The translations under genes were made by a program, and so were the position numbers. Shown one piece after another: positions 26,949 through 40,997 of a stretch of DNA of 64,000 nucleotides. Every line of letters starts with the position of its first letter. Position 1 is the first letter of the stretch. Under the pieces are notes generated by a model, which did no database searches, was not told where the DNA came from, and saw only the letters and a program-made list of their open reading frames with translations. The stretch covers positions 78,802,001 through 78,866,000 of the forward strand of contig NC_135815.1 of assembly GCF_964213995.1 (NCBI RefSeq), read 5' to 3'. Source of the DNA: Mustelus asterias. Its lineage: Eukaryota.

Positions 26949-27755
26949 AAAAGATATTTTTAAAAAGTAACTGCTGGAAATCTGAAACTAACATGAGAAG
27001 TATCAGGAAATGCAGGTTGAGCAGGATCTGAAAGAGGCTAATTTTTCAGGTTGCATATTAATCAGAGTTTCATTATAAAGGAAATAATTCAAAGATCTCT
27101 TGTTTCTAAACCAGATATATTTTGACTAAATATTTCAAATTTCTGGAGAAAAAATTAAGAATGGATTGATTGCCTATTGAGCCTGATTGACTGGCATCCT
27201 TCAGTAACGCTCAGCCAATTTATCAAGTGAGTTGCCGCACTACTGTTTCCTCGCAGTTATTACCTAACTCAGTATAAATCAGAGATTGAATCTAGGAAGT
27301 GGCTAATCTAGGTCAGGGAGCAGTAGAGATGATACAATTAGTTTGGTTTCACCAAGATTTTGTTTCTTTTACTGAACTATGATTGCAAATCCATTGACTA
27401 TAACTTTAATAAATAGCCTTTACTTAACTCTGCATACAGTATGAAATATATCCTTTAGATCAATTTATTGCATAAAATCCCATCTACCATGTTAAAAATC
27501 TCAGTTGAAACTGCAAAAGAATTACTTTGTGGTGATTTTTAAAAAAATATATTCTGGGCAATGGAAGATGAATAATGGCCTGTGACGGTCATAAGATCAC
27601 AACATAGAAGGTGAGAAATTCCATTCAGTCCATTATAATTCATTCATTCAGAATGATCTATGTTTTTCCCTTTATGGCATTCAATTTTCTCTTTGACAAA
27701 TTGAAGGTTTTCCATCCACCATCCAACATGGAGATCAATTCCAAATGTTGGTCAT

Positions 27756-28035
27756 CCAGGGACCTGGGTTCGATTCCCGGCTTGGGTCACTGTCTGTGTG
27801 AAGTTTGCACATTCTCCTCATGTCTGCGTGGGTTTCCTCCGGGTGCTCCGGTTTCTGCCCACAGTCCAAAGATTGGCCATGCTAAAATTGCCCCTTAGTG
27901 TCCTGAGATGCGTAGGTTAGAGGGATTAGCAGGTAAATGTGTAGGGATATGGGGGTAGGGCCTGGGTGGGATTGTGGTCGGTGCAGACTCGATGGGCCAA
28001 ATGGCCTGTTTCTGCACTGTAGGGTTTCTATGATT
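27756..28035 (+). mobile_element. HE1-type V-SINE, 5'-truncated
   Basis: B-box, V core and TTTCTATGA tail. Confidence 0.85.
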
Positions 28036-28039
28036 CCAT

Positions 28040-28770
28040 CTAAGCAAGCACTCAAATGCTGCAGTACAGAGAGATCTGGGTGTCCTTGTACATGAATCAC
28101 AAAACATTAGCATGCAAGTACAGCAAGTAATTAGGAAGGCAAATGGAATTTTGGCCTTTTTGCAAGGGCGTTGGAGTATTAAAGTAAGTCCAGGGACAGC
28201 TGTATAGAACATTGGTGAGACCACACCTAGAGTACCGTGTACTGTTTTGTCTCCTGATTGAAGGAAGGATATGCTTGCACTGGAAGCAGTTCAGAGAAGG
28301 TTCACTCAGCTGATTCCTGCAATGAAGCGATTTGCCTTATGAAGAAAGGATGAGCAAGTTGGAACTATACTCAGAAGAATTTAGAAAAATGAGATGTGAT
28401 CTCATTGAAACATATAAGATCCTCTCAGGGTGAGGATGCTGAGGATGTGTCCTCTTGGGGAAATCTAGAACTAGGGAGCACAGTTTAAAAATAAGGAGAA
28501 TCCCATTTAAAACTGAAATGAGGAATTGCTTCCCTCGGAGGGTCATTGACCTTTGGAATTCTGTTCCACGGGGAGCAGTGGAGGCTGGGTAACTGAAAAT
28601 ATTCAAGGTTGGATTAGACAGGTTTTTTGATCGACAAGGTAGTCGAAACTTATTTGGAGGATGAAGGAAAGTTCAAGCAAGGCCAGAATCAAATCAGACG
28701 TGATCTTATTGAATCACAGAGCAGATTCAGTGGGTCGAATGGCCTACTCCTCTTGTTTCTTGTATTAAGA
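28040..28770 (+). mobile_element. Old CR1 3' fragment
   Basis: Decayed RDLGVLVH and LVRPHLEY coding, followed by 3' UTR. Confidence 0.75.
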
Positions 28771-29186
28771 TATCATTATTTGGAACCCATGTCCCTCTAT
28801 CCTACTTCAACATATGGATGATCATTTTCAAATTGTTACAATTATGGGATAATTCCATTTTAATTTCCACAATTGGTTATTTGTTTGGGTTTTGAAATGC
28901 ATCAGTAGTACATATTCTATCTAGCTTACTGTAGTCATGTGAGCTTGGCCTTGAGAGATGCTCTGTAAGCTGCCATTTTACAATTAAATAAAGTCTTACT
29001 ATGAGGAAGCACTGCAATCATCGAACTCAAAACATGGTATTGGGATGTGAAAATAAAGTGAAGTTTTGAAATCCTGGAAATACTGCAGAGAAGGACACAG
29101 CTCAGAAAGGCACACAGAAATGTTCAAATCTTCTGAAAACACATACTGAAGGCAAAGCTGCAAGTAAAATACTGGGCAGGAGAATC

Positions 29187-29510
29187 ATCATAGAACATAG
29201 AAACCCTACAGTACAGAAAGAGGCAATTTGGCCCATCGAGTCAGGCCCTACCCCCGTATCCCTACATATTTACCCACTAATCCCTCTAACCTACATATCT
29301 CAGGACACTAAGGGCAATTTTAGCATAGCCAATCAACCTAACCCGCACATCTTTGGACTGTGGGAGGAAACCGGAGCACCTGGAGGAAACCCACGCAGAC
29401 ACGAGGAGAATGTGCAAACTCCACACAGACAGTGACCCAAGCCGGGAATCGAACCCAGGTCCCTGGAGCTGTGAAGCAGCAGTGCTAACCACTGTGCTAC
29501 CGTGCCGCCC
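29187..29510 (-). mobile_element. HE1-type V-SINE
   Basis: Head, core and tail as in the other copies. Confidence 0.9.
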
Positions 29511-32500
29511 GCACGGAACATGGCAGTAAACTTTCCACTCCCAGCTCCAGTAGAAGTGAAAGGACAGAACTGTTTTTTTCAACATGAAATGGCAAAACTA
29601 TGAGTTTGCAACAGATTTAATTACAATAAGCCGGAACCAATAGAAGTAGCCACACTTTTAATACTACAAGGGAGGGACAGCCATGAATTGTACCCTGAAT
29701 CTAACCGAGAAACAAAGAAAGCAGATGGCAGAGATTGTGAGACCCTTGAATTAACACTGAATCTCGAGTGAACGTCATTTATCTATTCAATACTAGTGCT
29801 CAAGGGGACAAAGAACCATAGAATGGTATGTGACTGCAGTAACACAGCTTGTAGAATCATGTGAATTCAGACAGCTAAAAAATGATCTGGTTGAAGATAG
29901 AATATTCATTGGCATACAAAACTCTGTGAAAAACGTTCTTCTGGAAAATTAGAAACTTGTGCTCAGAGAAGTGATAGCTGTGTGTAGAAATGCGGATCTT
30001 AGTTAAAGTACATGTAAGACCAAACAGACCAGGCGATGCGTTATGCTGAGAGACATTCCAGCCAAAAGAGCAGAACAATTGTAGAGAAAAGGTAGGATAC
30101 AAATTTTGCAGATGACATCATACAAAGGAAAAGAAGGATTGCCCAGTATAGGGAATGCAGTGTTTTAACAGCAAGAAGCCCCAATCATTTCGCACACAAG
30201 TGTTTGGCTAGAAAGAAACAAAACAAGTCTATAGAGATGGCCACTGGAAAGATATCAACAGAAGAGTTTGATGAAGCAATATACACAACACAACAGGTTA
30301 GTTTGGTCGAGTCTGTAAGTGATAAATGGTTTGTGATTGTTACAGTGATGATGGCAGAAGGAGAGTATCAAGTGAATGAGTGGCAGATAGACACTCGTGC
30401 AATATCATGACCTTCACAGACTTGTGTGAAGTGGCTGAACATGGCACTGAAGCCCACGAAAGTAAGGTTGAAGCTATATGATGGCACAATACCCATCAGC
30501 AAGAAGGAAGATCGAGGGTTCCATATCATGGATGGGACACAACAGCCACAAATCGCAGCTGAAGCAAGTCTAAAGCTTGAACTGGTAACCCTGAATGTAC
30601 GAACAGAGATGTACAAGGTGTTAGAGCACACAAAATCATTGACTGCCAAACAGATTTGTTATGATGTGGAAGGTGGTATGTGCCTTTGTGAACTAAATCC
30701 CAAAGGGAAACTTGGCAAGCTATCACAATGATTTTCACTTTGTATTTTATTACAAGAAGATACAAGTGCTAAACTAAGTCAAAAATTCCAATAATACTTT
30801 TGGAGATTTTAAATTGTAAGTTAAAACATTTATTAACAAAAGAAAACTTCAACATACAAGATTATGTTTACACAATTAAAAATTAGTTTTGAAAAACATT
30901 TCCCCAATAGATTCTTACTTGGTTAGACTGAAAAATAAGCACTCCTCTAGGCAACTTTCCTTATAGAAACTTAAGCTATGAAAAAAATTCCAGTAATGTT
31001 ACCACAAGGTAGGACCCAGTGTTGGTATAGGAATGATATGTCACAGGATTTCTCTCTATCACTCGACTGTGGAAACCCAAGGCTTTAAACAAAAGCCTTA
31101 TTTCTGGGACAAACAGACAATTCTCTGGGGTGGCTGCAGACTGTTTCACTTTGCTTCTTTTCACAGCTCTGACCCAGCACACTCTGGGGTCTTACCTGGA
31201 AGCATATTGTTTCCTCTTTCATCTTTAAAAACCATTGTTCACAACATCTCTCTGAACTTAAACCTTCTTCAAAATATAAAAATCCTTCATGTTCTCTATT
31301 GCTTCCACTCTTGGGTCAAATAAACCTTAATAACCTTTCCCAAGTTTCTTAAGACCTTTCTTTAAGTTGTAAATCCTTTTAGTTCCCTTTGAAAGTTAAC
31401 AACTAAAAATCCAAATTCTCACTCGCCTCTTAAAGCAAATTTCTACTCAAATTGTGTTTACTGGTGGAACATCCACTTGGTCCTATTCACTTCAAATGCC
31501 TGCTTTTCATACCTAGCCTCTTTGATGGCCTCAATTCCATATACAGTCCCCATCTTAATTAAATTATTCACACGCACAACATTTCCATGGGCCAACACAA
31601 TATCCTTAAATATTAAAATGATATTTCTAGCACAGATCCGAGAGGAGTACAAAGGTGAGTTTACAGAGTTGGAATGTCTGTCAGGAGAACATCATCTTGA
31701 AGTAGGTGAGAGCGTAAGAACAATTCAGCATCTGCCAAAAAGAGTTCCAGTTGTCCTCCAGACAAGCCTAAAGACAAGATAGAAGAGCTGGAAAAGCAAA
31801 TGAAAGCTCCTACAGACTGGATTAGCAGCATGGTAACAGTGAAGCAACCTGGAAAACTGAGAGTTTGCTTAGATCCAAAGGATATAAATAAAGCACTGAA
31901 GAGATCACACTACCCCTTGCCAAACATCGAAGGAACTTTGCCACAACTTGTTAATGCAAAGATCTTTACTACCCTAGATGCGAAGTATGGTTACTGGCAA
32001 GCTGGATGGAAGTGGCAGCTGCGTTCTATCTATATTCTGGACACTGTTGGGGGGTATGGATGGTTGCAGATGCTGTTTGGCATTTCCACATCTCCAGAAG
32101 AGTATCAATGCAGACAGCATGAGATAGTCAATGATCTTCCTGGAGTAGAAGCCATAGTGGATGATCTAGTGGTCTATGGATGTGGAGATACAATGGAAGA
32201 AGCTATAGCTGACTGATCAAAATTTAATATGACTGCTAGCTTAGGGAGAGGTTGCCAGATGAACCTGAAACGGAATAAGAAAAAATGCAACTAAAGATGC
32301 CTGAAGTCAAGTACATTGGTCATGTACTGACAGCAAAAGGTCTTCGCCTGAATCCTGACAAGATGAGAGCTGTAGCAGTGACCAAAGGAAATAGAGTGAT
32401 CATCCTTAAGGAGATGAAAGAGATGCTGAAGCTCACCTGGGCAAATCACCAAGGAATTGAATCAAGTCTGAGAAAGGCAAGAGAAGTACTTTATTAGCCA

Positions 32501-32990
32501 AACATGAGCAATGAAATTAAAGCTCAGATAAGCCAGTGCAATGTTTGTAACAAGTACCAAGCTAAACAAGCTAGAGAGCCATTAATGATATATGACATCC
32601 CAACAGACAACGAATGAAGCTGGGAATAGACCTCTTAACGATAGCAGGAACTGACTATCTTGTCACTGTGGACTGCTATTATGATTACTGGGACTTAGAC
32701 CAGCTGGCTTCAATGGCAACAGGAGAAATAGTAGAATTTCACTCATTACAGTATTCCAGACATTGTGATGAGTGATAATGGCCCTCAATTCACAAGTGAA
32801 GAATTCAGGCGGTTCACAAAGGATTGGGAAATTCAGCACCATAGAGAATATATCTCTGCACTATCCCTAGTCGAATGGGACAGCTGAGGAGGCAATGAAA
32901 ATCGCCAAAGGAATCATCAAGAAATCAAGCAAATCTAACACAGAAGTACACAAGGCAATCCTTGAGTGACAAGTGCCATGGAATGACACA
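29511..32990 (+). mobile_element. Decayed Ty3/Gypsy (Mag-like) internal region: gag, protease, RT, integrase
   Basis: Zinc-knuckle remnant near 30155-30205; protease IDT(R)A; RT WISSMVTVKQPGKLRVCLDP, DAKYGYWQ, VDDLVVYG; integrase HQGIE and SDNGPQF; many stops and frameshifts. Confidence 0.85.
30657..31634 (-). mobile_element. About 980-bp insertion (probable solo LTR) splitting the Gypsy pol
   Basis: TG...CA ends, flanked by GATT/GATC; host frame AKQI|REEYKG rejoins across it. Confidence 0.55.
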
Positions 32991-33299
32991 CACAGTAAAA
33001 TAGAGATGTTTGTGTCTTTTGTTCGTTATAAAATGGGAGATGCCTGGGTTTTGAAATGCAACAGTGTTACATGCCCTATCTGGCGTGCTATAGTCATGTG
33101 TCCAAATGATGAGGGAAGTTCTGTAAGCTGCCATCTTACAAGCAGTTCAATATAGACCTAATATAAGAAAGCACTGCTGTCTTTGAACATAAAACAGTAT
33201 TCAGCTGGTTAAATCTTAATTTTTGTAGTTATTTGCTTAACTGAAAAAGGATGTTAGATTAGGTGATCATCCTAAACTCTACACTGTTGTCTTATGACC

Positions 33300-33560
33300 A
33301 CAGGACCAAGCGTTTTGCAGCCAATGAAGCACTATTGAAGTGTCATCACTATCTTAATGTAGGAAACACAGCAACCAATTTGTGCAAAGCAAGATCCCAC
33401 AAATAGAAATGTTATAATGACCAGAAAAACGTAATACTGCAAAACTTAACAAAAATGTAAGATTACAAGGCCAACATTCCTTTGAACAACATTATTCCTA
33501 ATATAGTCTACTGAAGAGGTCTGGGAGTTTATTTTACTTCCCTTTAAGGAAGAAAATGAT
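33300..33560 (-). mobile_element. DeuSINE-type fragment
   Basis: Reverse-complement similarity to the 3' half of 43655-44065. Confidence 0.5.
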
Positions 33561-33824
33561 GCTCTAGTAGCTAGGCAACACAGTTCCTGGTGCCCAAATT
33601 TCTCTCTCTCACCCCAACCTCACATTGCATAATCTTTAGGTAACCCGGAAATTAAGAGTTAGATTTTGGATGGGAAGAAGGGATGATGCCTCCATCAGAA
33701 GCCCTCCAGGCCTTCCCTGCCCTCCCCATCCTTGCCACTCGCACAATCTTTTCTCTGGTTCCCAGAACTTAGGGTCAGGAAGCTTCATGCAGTTCCTCTT
33801 CCGGCCACTACAGTGCTGTTCCTT

Positions 33825-34129
33825 CAGTGGTTCCCAAACTTTTTTCACTGGGCCGCACTTTTGGAATAAAAATTTGCTCACGCCACACCAAATTTTTTAT
33901 TGATAAGAAATACATTCAAAAACAAAAAAAAAACTCCTAGCAGTGCTTGATTCATAACATAGAACTCAACTACTTTATAATATGATCATGGGGCATCCAG
34001 AAAGTATAAAACAATGCTTGTTTAAACCATGTTTAAATGTTTCTTTGATTGTCCTTGAATCTTCCCGCCACACTTGCCATCCTCTCTCGCCGCACCAGTG
34101 TGGCGCGCCGCACCCTTTGGGAACCACTG
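33825..34129. mobile_element. Non-autonomous hAT (Charlie-like) MITE
   Basis: Perfect 14-bp TIRs CAGTGGTTCCCAAA / TTTGGGAACCACTG; no coding capacity. Confidence 0.8.
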
Positions 34130-34534
34130 CTTTAGGGACTGGAGAGATTGGCTTACAGCTCTCCATGGTGTGAGGGGCAGACTGCCATGTACCAATCAAT
34201 GCTCGTTAGAGCATAGTATGGCAGTGTAATAAGCCAAAACTTAGACCAAGTCTCCACATCCTAAAAATTCAGGCAATGAGATCGCAGATCATGTAACATC
34301 TAAATAATATGGCATTTCTGGTGAAGATATTTCGGCTACATGACAATTTCAACCATAATGAAGACCAGTTTTTTTTTTACTATATTTTTCTATCGGTGAT
34401 TCATTTTGAGATGAAAGTCTTCAAATTAATGTTGCCAACATTAGTGGATGGACACTTCATGTATTCATACAACATTCCTTTATCCACTATTAAAGAAGAT
34501 ATATGGTAATTTAGAAAGTAGAGGCAGGAAAATC

Positions 34535-35000
34535 TTTTTTTTTCAAGCAAGGGATGTGAGCTTCACTGGCTAGGCCAGCATTTATTGCCCATCCATAATT
34601 GCGCTTGAGAAGATGGTGGTGAGCTACCTTCTTGAATCGCTACAGTCCATGTGATAGGTACCCCCTCAGTGCTGTTAGGGAGGGAGTTCCAGGATTTTGA
34701 CTGAGTGACAGTGCAGGGTCGGCAATATATTTCCAAGTCAGGGTGGTGAGTGGCTTGGAGGGAAACTTCCAGGGGTTGATGTTCCCATGTGTCTGAAGTC
34801 CATGTCTTTTTAAATCATAGTGGTCATGGGTTTGAAAGGTGCTGTCTAAGGAGCCTTTGTAAGTTCCTGCAGTGCATCTTATACACATACAGACTGCTGT
34901 TACTGTGCATTGGTGGTGGAGGGAGTGAATGTTTGTGGATGGGGTACCAATTAGGCAGGCTGCTTTGTCTGGGATGGTGTCAAGCTTTTTGAGTGTTGAA
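34535..35000 (-). mobile_element. Crack/Daphne-like LINE 3' end
   Basis: TLKKLDTIPDKAACLIG...IHSLHH; same family as 35828-36915. Confidence 0.65.
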
Positions 35001-35827
35001 AGTCTGGCCAAAACTGGGGAGTATACAAACACTGTCCTTATCTGGTCAGAGCTGTGCACCTTTGGTTCCAGCATCCCTGGCAAGTCCAGACTTGCCCTTG
35101 CTGGCCTCTGACCTTTCAACTTGGCCTATCCAAATTCCCATCAGGCCTGGCTGCGGAGGCTGTTGACTGCTGTTTAATTTAGGTTGTCCAATTCTATATC
35201 TAGCCTAGCTGTTCAGGCCATGGGCCACTCAACTACACTTGGCTGACTTTTCAGTGTATAGAGGAAATACTGTATTATCAGAGTTGTCATCTTTTAGTCG
35301 ATAGACGAAACTAAGACCCCACAACACTAGTGGTTACTGTTTTGAGCTAGCAACCCAAAGCAAATGTAAAAAAGAGTTAAGTAAATCTTTTTTTTTTGTT
35401 GGCATTAGATAAATTGACCACTGGTGCTATAAATTGTTACAGAAACCTAGTGATTCATTACTTGCTTCAGGTAAGGGAATCTCCCAAACTACTTGATTAT
35501 TTTTGCTCTTTGAGGTGACCTAGCAAGCTTGATGAAAAATAACTACTACCAAGTAAATCAATTAGATATAGACAATAAATGCTGCCTTGCCAGAGACTTA
35601 TTTATTCACATAATAATACAGGAAGTTGACATCTCTGGCATGAAGCTGTACCACCATGCTGCTGCTTAAATGTTAAATATACTAACAAGTACATCCAGCT
35701 TGAGGAGATCTTATGGCACAGTAGGTAGTATCCCTGCCTCTGAACCAGAACCTCCAAGTTTGAGTCCCACCCTAGGACTTGATCGCCCAGGAAGGCATGT
35801 CCATAATGTGGCTAAACAAGTTTAAGT

Positions 35828-36915
35828 TTTTTTTATTAATTCATTGGATATGGGCATCACTGGCTGGCCAGCATTATTGCCCATCCCTAGTTGCCCATGA
35901 GAAGGTGGTGGTGAGCTGCCTTCTTGAATCGCTGCAGTTCATGTTCTGTGGGTTGACCCACAATGCCGTTAGGGAGGGAATTCCAGGATTTTGACCCACA
36001 ACTGCGAAGGAACGGCGATATTTTTCCAAGTCAGGATGGTGAGTGGCTTGGAGGGGAACTTGCAGGTGGTGGTGTTCCCATTTACCTGCTGCCCTTGTCA
36101 TTCTAGATGGAAGTGATCATGGGTTTGGAAGGTGCTGTCTAAGGATCTTTGGTGAATTGCTGCAGTGCAACTTATAGATAGTACACGCTGCTGCTACTGA
36201 GCGTCGGTGGTGGAGGGATTGAATGTTTGTAGATGTGGTGCCAATGGGCTGCTTTGTCCTGGATGATGTCAAGCTTCTTGAGTGTTGTTGGAGCTGCACC
36301 TATCCAGGCAAGTAGGGAGTATGCCATCACACTCCTGACTTGTGCTTTGTAGATTGTGGATAGGCTTTGGGGAGTCAGAAGGTGAATTACTCGCTGCAGT
36401 ATTCCTAGGCTCTGACCTGCTCTTGTAGCCACTGTTTATGTGGTGAGTCCAGTTGAGTTTCTGGTCAATGGTAACCCCAAGGATGTTGACAGTGGGAGAT
36501 TCAGTGATGGTTATACCATTGAATGTCAAACTTTAAAATGTGGGTATTTATTAGTTACAAGTAGGCTTACATTAACACTGCAATGAAGGTACTGTGAAAA
36601 TCCTCCAGTCGCCGCACTTTGGGTACACTGAGGGAGAATTTAGCCTGGTCAATTCACCTAACCTTCACATCTTTGGACCTGTGGGAGGAAACCGGAGCAC
36701 CCAGAGAAAACCCACGCAGACACAGGGAGAATGCACAAACTCCACACAGTCAGTGACCCAAGCCAGGAATCGAACCTGGGTCCCTGGTGCTGTGAGGCAG
36801 CAGTACTAACCACTGTGCTACTGTTCTGCCCCAAGGGGGGTGGTTAGAGTGTCTCTTATTGGTGATGGTCATTGCCTGGCATTTGTGTGGCTACTTGTCA
36901 GCCCAAGTGCAAATT
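35828..36915 (-). mobile_element. Crack/Daphne-like LINE 3' part interrupted by a V-SINE
   Basis: ILGVTIDQKLNWTHHI, IYKAQVRSVMAYS, LKKLDIIQDKAA. Confidence 0.75.
36530..36831 (-). mobile_element. V-SINE tail B nested in a LINE
   Basis: Head, core and tail B; host sequence resumes on both sides. Confidence 0.8.
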
Positions 36916-37358
36916 CTTCTAACACATGGCAGGAATGGGAGAGATTCCATGTGATGGAAAAAAGTTGAAGCTTTTATCATCACTATCCAGAGCTCCAGAC
37001 TACAAAACACATGTTCAGGTACATGTTGCCACACCAACTTGGACCATGCGAGTGAACTGTAACATACCACCAATATTCACTTTGTGCAGCTGGCTTGTCT
37101 AACAAAAGATTGAGAGTTTAGAACCAACTTTAGATGCACCTAATCTTTGTTGATTCTGCACTTCAAAATTTATACCGTTTAATCAATAGAAATAATAATA
37201 TTGTGGTGTCATTTTAATGTAAGCTTCAGTTGTGATTAAGATCCATATTCAGAATAGTGGCCCAGTTTTTATGGTCAGCAGTAAAGTGAGGATGGTCACC
37301 ATTGACTTCATGCAAAGCTGTCCACCTATATCTAGCGATCTCATGATTTTGGCTTCTC

Positions 37359-37660
37359 GGGTAGTACAGTGGTTAGCACTGCTGCCTCACAGCACCAGGC
37401 ACCCGGGTTCGATTCCTGGCTTGGGTTACTGTCTTTGTGGAGTTTGCACATTCTCCCCATGTCTGTGTGGGTTTACTCAGGGTGCTCCGGTTTCCTACCA
37501 CAGTCCAATGATGTGCAGGTTAGGTGCATTGGCTATGCTAAATTCTTCCTCAATGTGCCCGAACAGTCATCGAAATGTGGCGACTAGGGGATTTTCACAG
37601 TAACTTCATTGAAGTGTTAGTATAAGCCTACTTGCGACAAAAATAAATAAACTTTAAAAC
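37359..37660 (+). mobile_element. V-SINE tail B
   Basis: CAGTGGTTAGCACT head to AATAAATAAACTTT tail. Confidence 0.85.
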
Positions 37661-39015
37661 TTTTTAAAATGGCAGTTTAAATTTGGTGCCAAACCAAGAG
37701 GCAGAATTGGTGTGGTGCTGTAATAGTGATATCAGCAAGGTGTCCAAATACTCTCTCACTGCAAAGCAGCAAGTTAAGCACTTAATATTCCTTCACCTAT
37801 AATTTTGTCTTCATTCAGTGAAATAAACAATAATGATTAGATCAAAATACAAGCTAAAAGGTAAACAAACGTTTTTAATGTGTAATTTTATTATGCAGAA
37901 ATGTAATAATTTAACATCAGTAAGACATTTAGCAATAATTCTGAGGCTAGTACAGATAGAAAAACAGTTACACTGCATTCATGAAGGTGTAGCTTTTCAA
38001 AGGTTTTTACTAGAAAGACTAAGCCCAGAAGTGGATTTTTTTTTTCATGATTTCAATTTAAATTGCAGTCTGCAGGAATTTCTATAACGCATCCTATGGA
38101 ATGTAGACTTAGTGACAGCAACTTCCGATTTTCTGTTATTCTGTGCATACCTGGACACCTGAAGTTGCAGTCAGTTTCAGTGGAGTAATAATGGCGATTG
38201 TTGAGTTTTTCTTCATTTCCATAGTAAACTCTTACTGTGACAGGACATTTGGGGAACTATTTTTTTCAGTTAGTGATGTTGAAGGAATCCAGTATCACCT
38301 ATATTTCGGGTTGAATTCCATTGCAGTTATTGAGGGGGATGAAGTAGTTATGCCTTGCATGAGATGTCCTTAGGAAGTTATGTTAAAATGAGGTGCTCTC
38401 TAATTGATTCTGGATTTCAGTCCCATTCAAGTAAGACCTTGCGCCCCACACTTATTCCTTGCTCAGTCACTATCACCAGAAATTCAATTAACTGGTCCTT
38501 CATATCAGAACAAAGAACAGTACAGCACAGGAACATGCCATCGGCCCACCAAGTCTGTGCCAACACAGATGCCTCTCTAATCTAACATTTTTTGCCTCTA
38601 TGTGGTCCATATCCCTCTATTACCTGCCCATTCATGTATCCATCCAGATGCCTGTTGAACGCTGTTATAGAATCTGCTTCTACTATCTCCTCCGACAGCA
38701 CGTTCCAGGCATTCACCACCCTGTGTGTGGAAAAACTTGCCCCTTTCATCTCTCTCAAACATTCCCCCTCTCATACTCAATCTATGCCCCCGAGTAATTG
38801 ACCCTTTGACCCTGGGAAAAAGACTCTGTCTATCCAGGCCTGTCATAATCTTGTAGACCTCTATCAGGTCCCCCCTCATCCTCTAATGCTCCAATGAAAA
38901 CAATCCAAGTTTGTTCAACCTTTCTTCACAGTCCATATCGTCCAAACCAGGCAACATCCTGGTAAATCTTTTCTGCACCCTTTTCAATGCATCAACATCC
39001 TTCCGGTAGTGTGGT

Positions 39016-39047
<32 letters not shown>

Positions 39048-40300
39048 CCTAACCAAAGTCTTATGCAGCTGCAACATGATTTTCCAATTCCTATACTCAA
39101 CGTCCCGACCGATGAAGGCCAGCATGCCATACGCCTTCTTGACCTCCTGAGTTGCCACCTTCAGGGAACAGTGGATCTTGCATGCCTAAATCCCTCTGTA
39201 TGCTAATATTTCTAAGGGGTCTACCATTTACTGTATACTTTCCTTTTGCAGTACACCTTCCAAATCGCATCACCTTACATTTGTCCGGGTTAAATTCCAT
39301 CTGCCATCTTTCGGTCAAGGTCTCCAGCTGATTTATATCCCAGTGTATCCTCTGATAATCCTTCTCACTATCCGTTACTCCCCCAATTTTTGTATCATCT
39401 GCAAATTTACCAATGAGACTACCTACATGTTCCTCAAAATCTTATATATATTTATATATAAACAATGGCCCCAGCACTGACCCTTGTGGAACACTGCTTG
39501 TCACAGATTTCCAGTTAGAAAAGTACCCTTCCACTGCAACTGTTTTCTATGCCCAAGCCAGTTTTGTATCCATCATATTAGCTCACCTCGGATCCCATAT
39601 GACTTCACCTTCTGTATCAGCCTGCTATGAGGAACCTTATTGAAGGCTTTACTAAAGTCCATGTATACAACATCCACTGCCCTGCCCTGGTCAAGTTTTC
39701 TTTTCACTTCAAAGAACTCAATCAAGTTTGTGAGACACAACCTCCCCTTCACAAAACCATGCTGTCTACCGCTAATAAGCCAATTCTCTTCCAGATGTGA
39801 GTACATCCTGTCCCTAAGAATCTTCTCCAATAATTTCCCCACCACTGATGTAAGGGTTATAGGCCTGTAATTTCCCGGATTGTCTCTTCTGCCCTTCTTA
39901 AACCGAGGAACAATGTTAACTACTCTCCAATCCTTACCCGTACAAAGATTTTGGCCAGGGCCTCCGCAATTTATTTCCTCGCCTCTCTCAGTATTCTGAG
40001 ATAGACCCTATCCAGCCCTGGGGACTTGTCCACCTTAATGTTTTTCAAAATCTCCAATACCTCCTCCCTTTTTATCTCAACATGTCCTAGAATGTCAACA
40101 TCCTCCTTTCTACACTCACCATCCACCAAATCCTTCTCCTTTGTGAATACTGATGCAAAGTACTCGTTAAGGACCTCATCCACCTCAACTGGCTCCACAC
40201 ACAAATTCCCTCCACTGTCCTTGAGTGGACTTACCCTTTCCTTAGCTACCCTCTTCCTCCTTATGTATGCATAAAAACCCTTGGGATTCTCCTTAATCCT

Positions 40301-40426
40301 TTGACAAAGGGTCATCTGGACTCAACGTCAGCTCTTTTCTCTCCTTACAGATGCTGCCAGACCTACTGAGATTTTCCAGTGTTTTCTCATTTGGTTTTAG
40401 ATTCCAGCATCTACAGTAATTTGCTT
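40301..40426 (+). mobile_element. Solo Penelope-like pLTR insertion, 14-bp TSD
   Basis: TTCTCCTTAATCCT at 40287-40300 and 40427-40440; insert starts with a degenerate hammerhead core. Confidence 0.75.
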
Positions 40427-40997
40427 TTCTCCTTAATCCTGCCTGCTAAGAACATTTCATGGCCCCTTTTTGCCCTCCTAAGTCCCTGGTTAAGCTCTTT
40501 CCTGCTATCTTTGTATTCCTCAAGAGCCTTATCCGTTTTCAATTTCCTGAAATTTATGTACGCTTCCTCCTTTTTCACTAAGCTCACAATCTCTCGTCAT
40601 CCAGGGTTCCCGAATCTTGTCATCTTTATCCTTCATTTTTACAGGGACATGTCCTGAATTATTAACAACTGACTTTTAAAAGACTCCCACATATCGGATG
40701 TGGATTTATCCTCAAACCCCCAGTCTACATTTCTATAGCTCCTGCCTAAACCTGTTGTAGGTAGCCTTCCCCCAGTTTAGTAGTTTCATTCTGCGACTAC
40801 TTCTATCCTTTTCCACAAGTATCTTGAAACTTATAGAATTGTGATCACTGTTCCCAAAATGGTCCCCCACTGAGACATCAATCATCTGTCCGGGCTCGTT
40901 TACCAGAACCAGGTCTAAGATTGCCCCTTCCCAAGTTGGACTATCTCCATATTGCCCCAAGAAGCACTTTTGGACAAACTGAACAAAGTCTGCCCCA

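Noticed and set aside
31800-32497. Domesticated Gypsy-derived gene
   Set aside because: Multiple stops, frameshifts, deletions and a nested insertion
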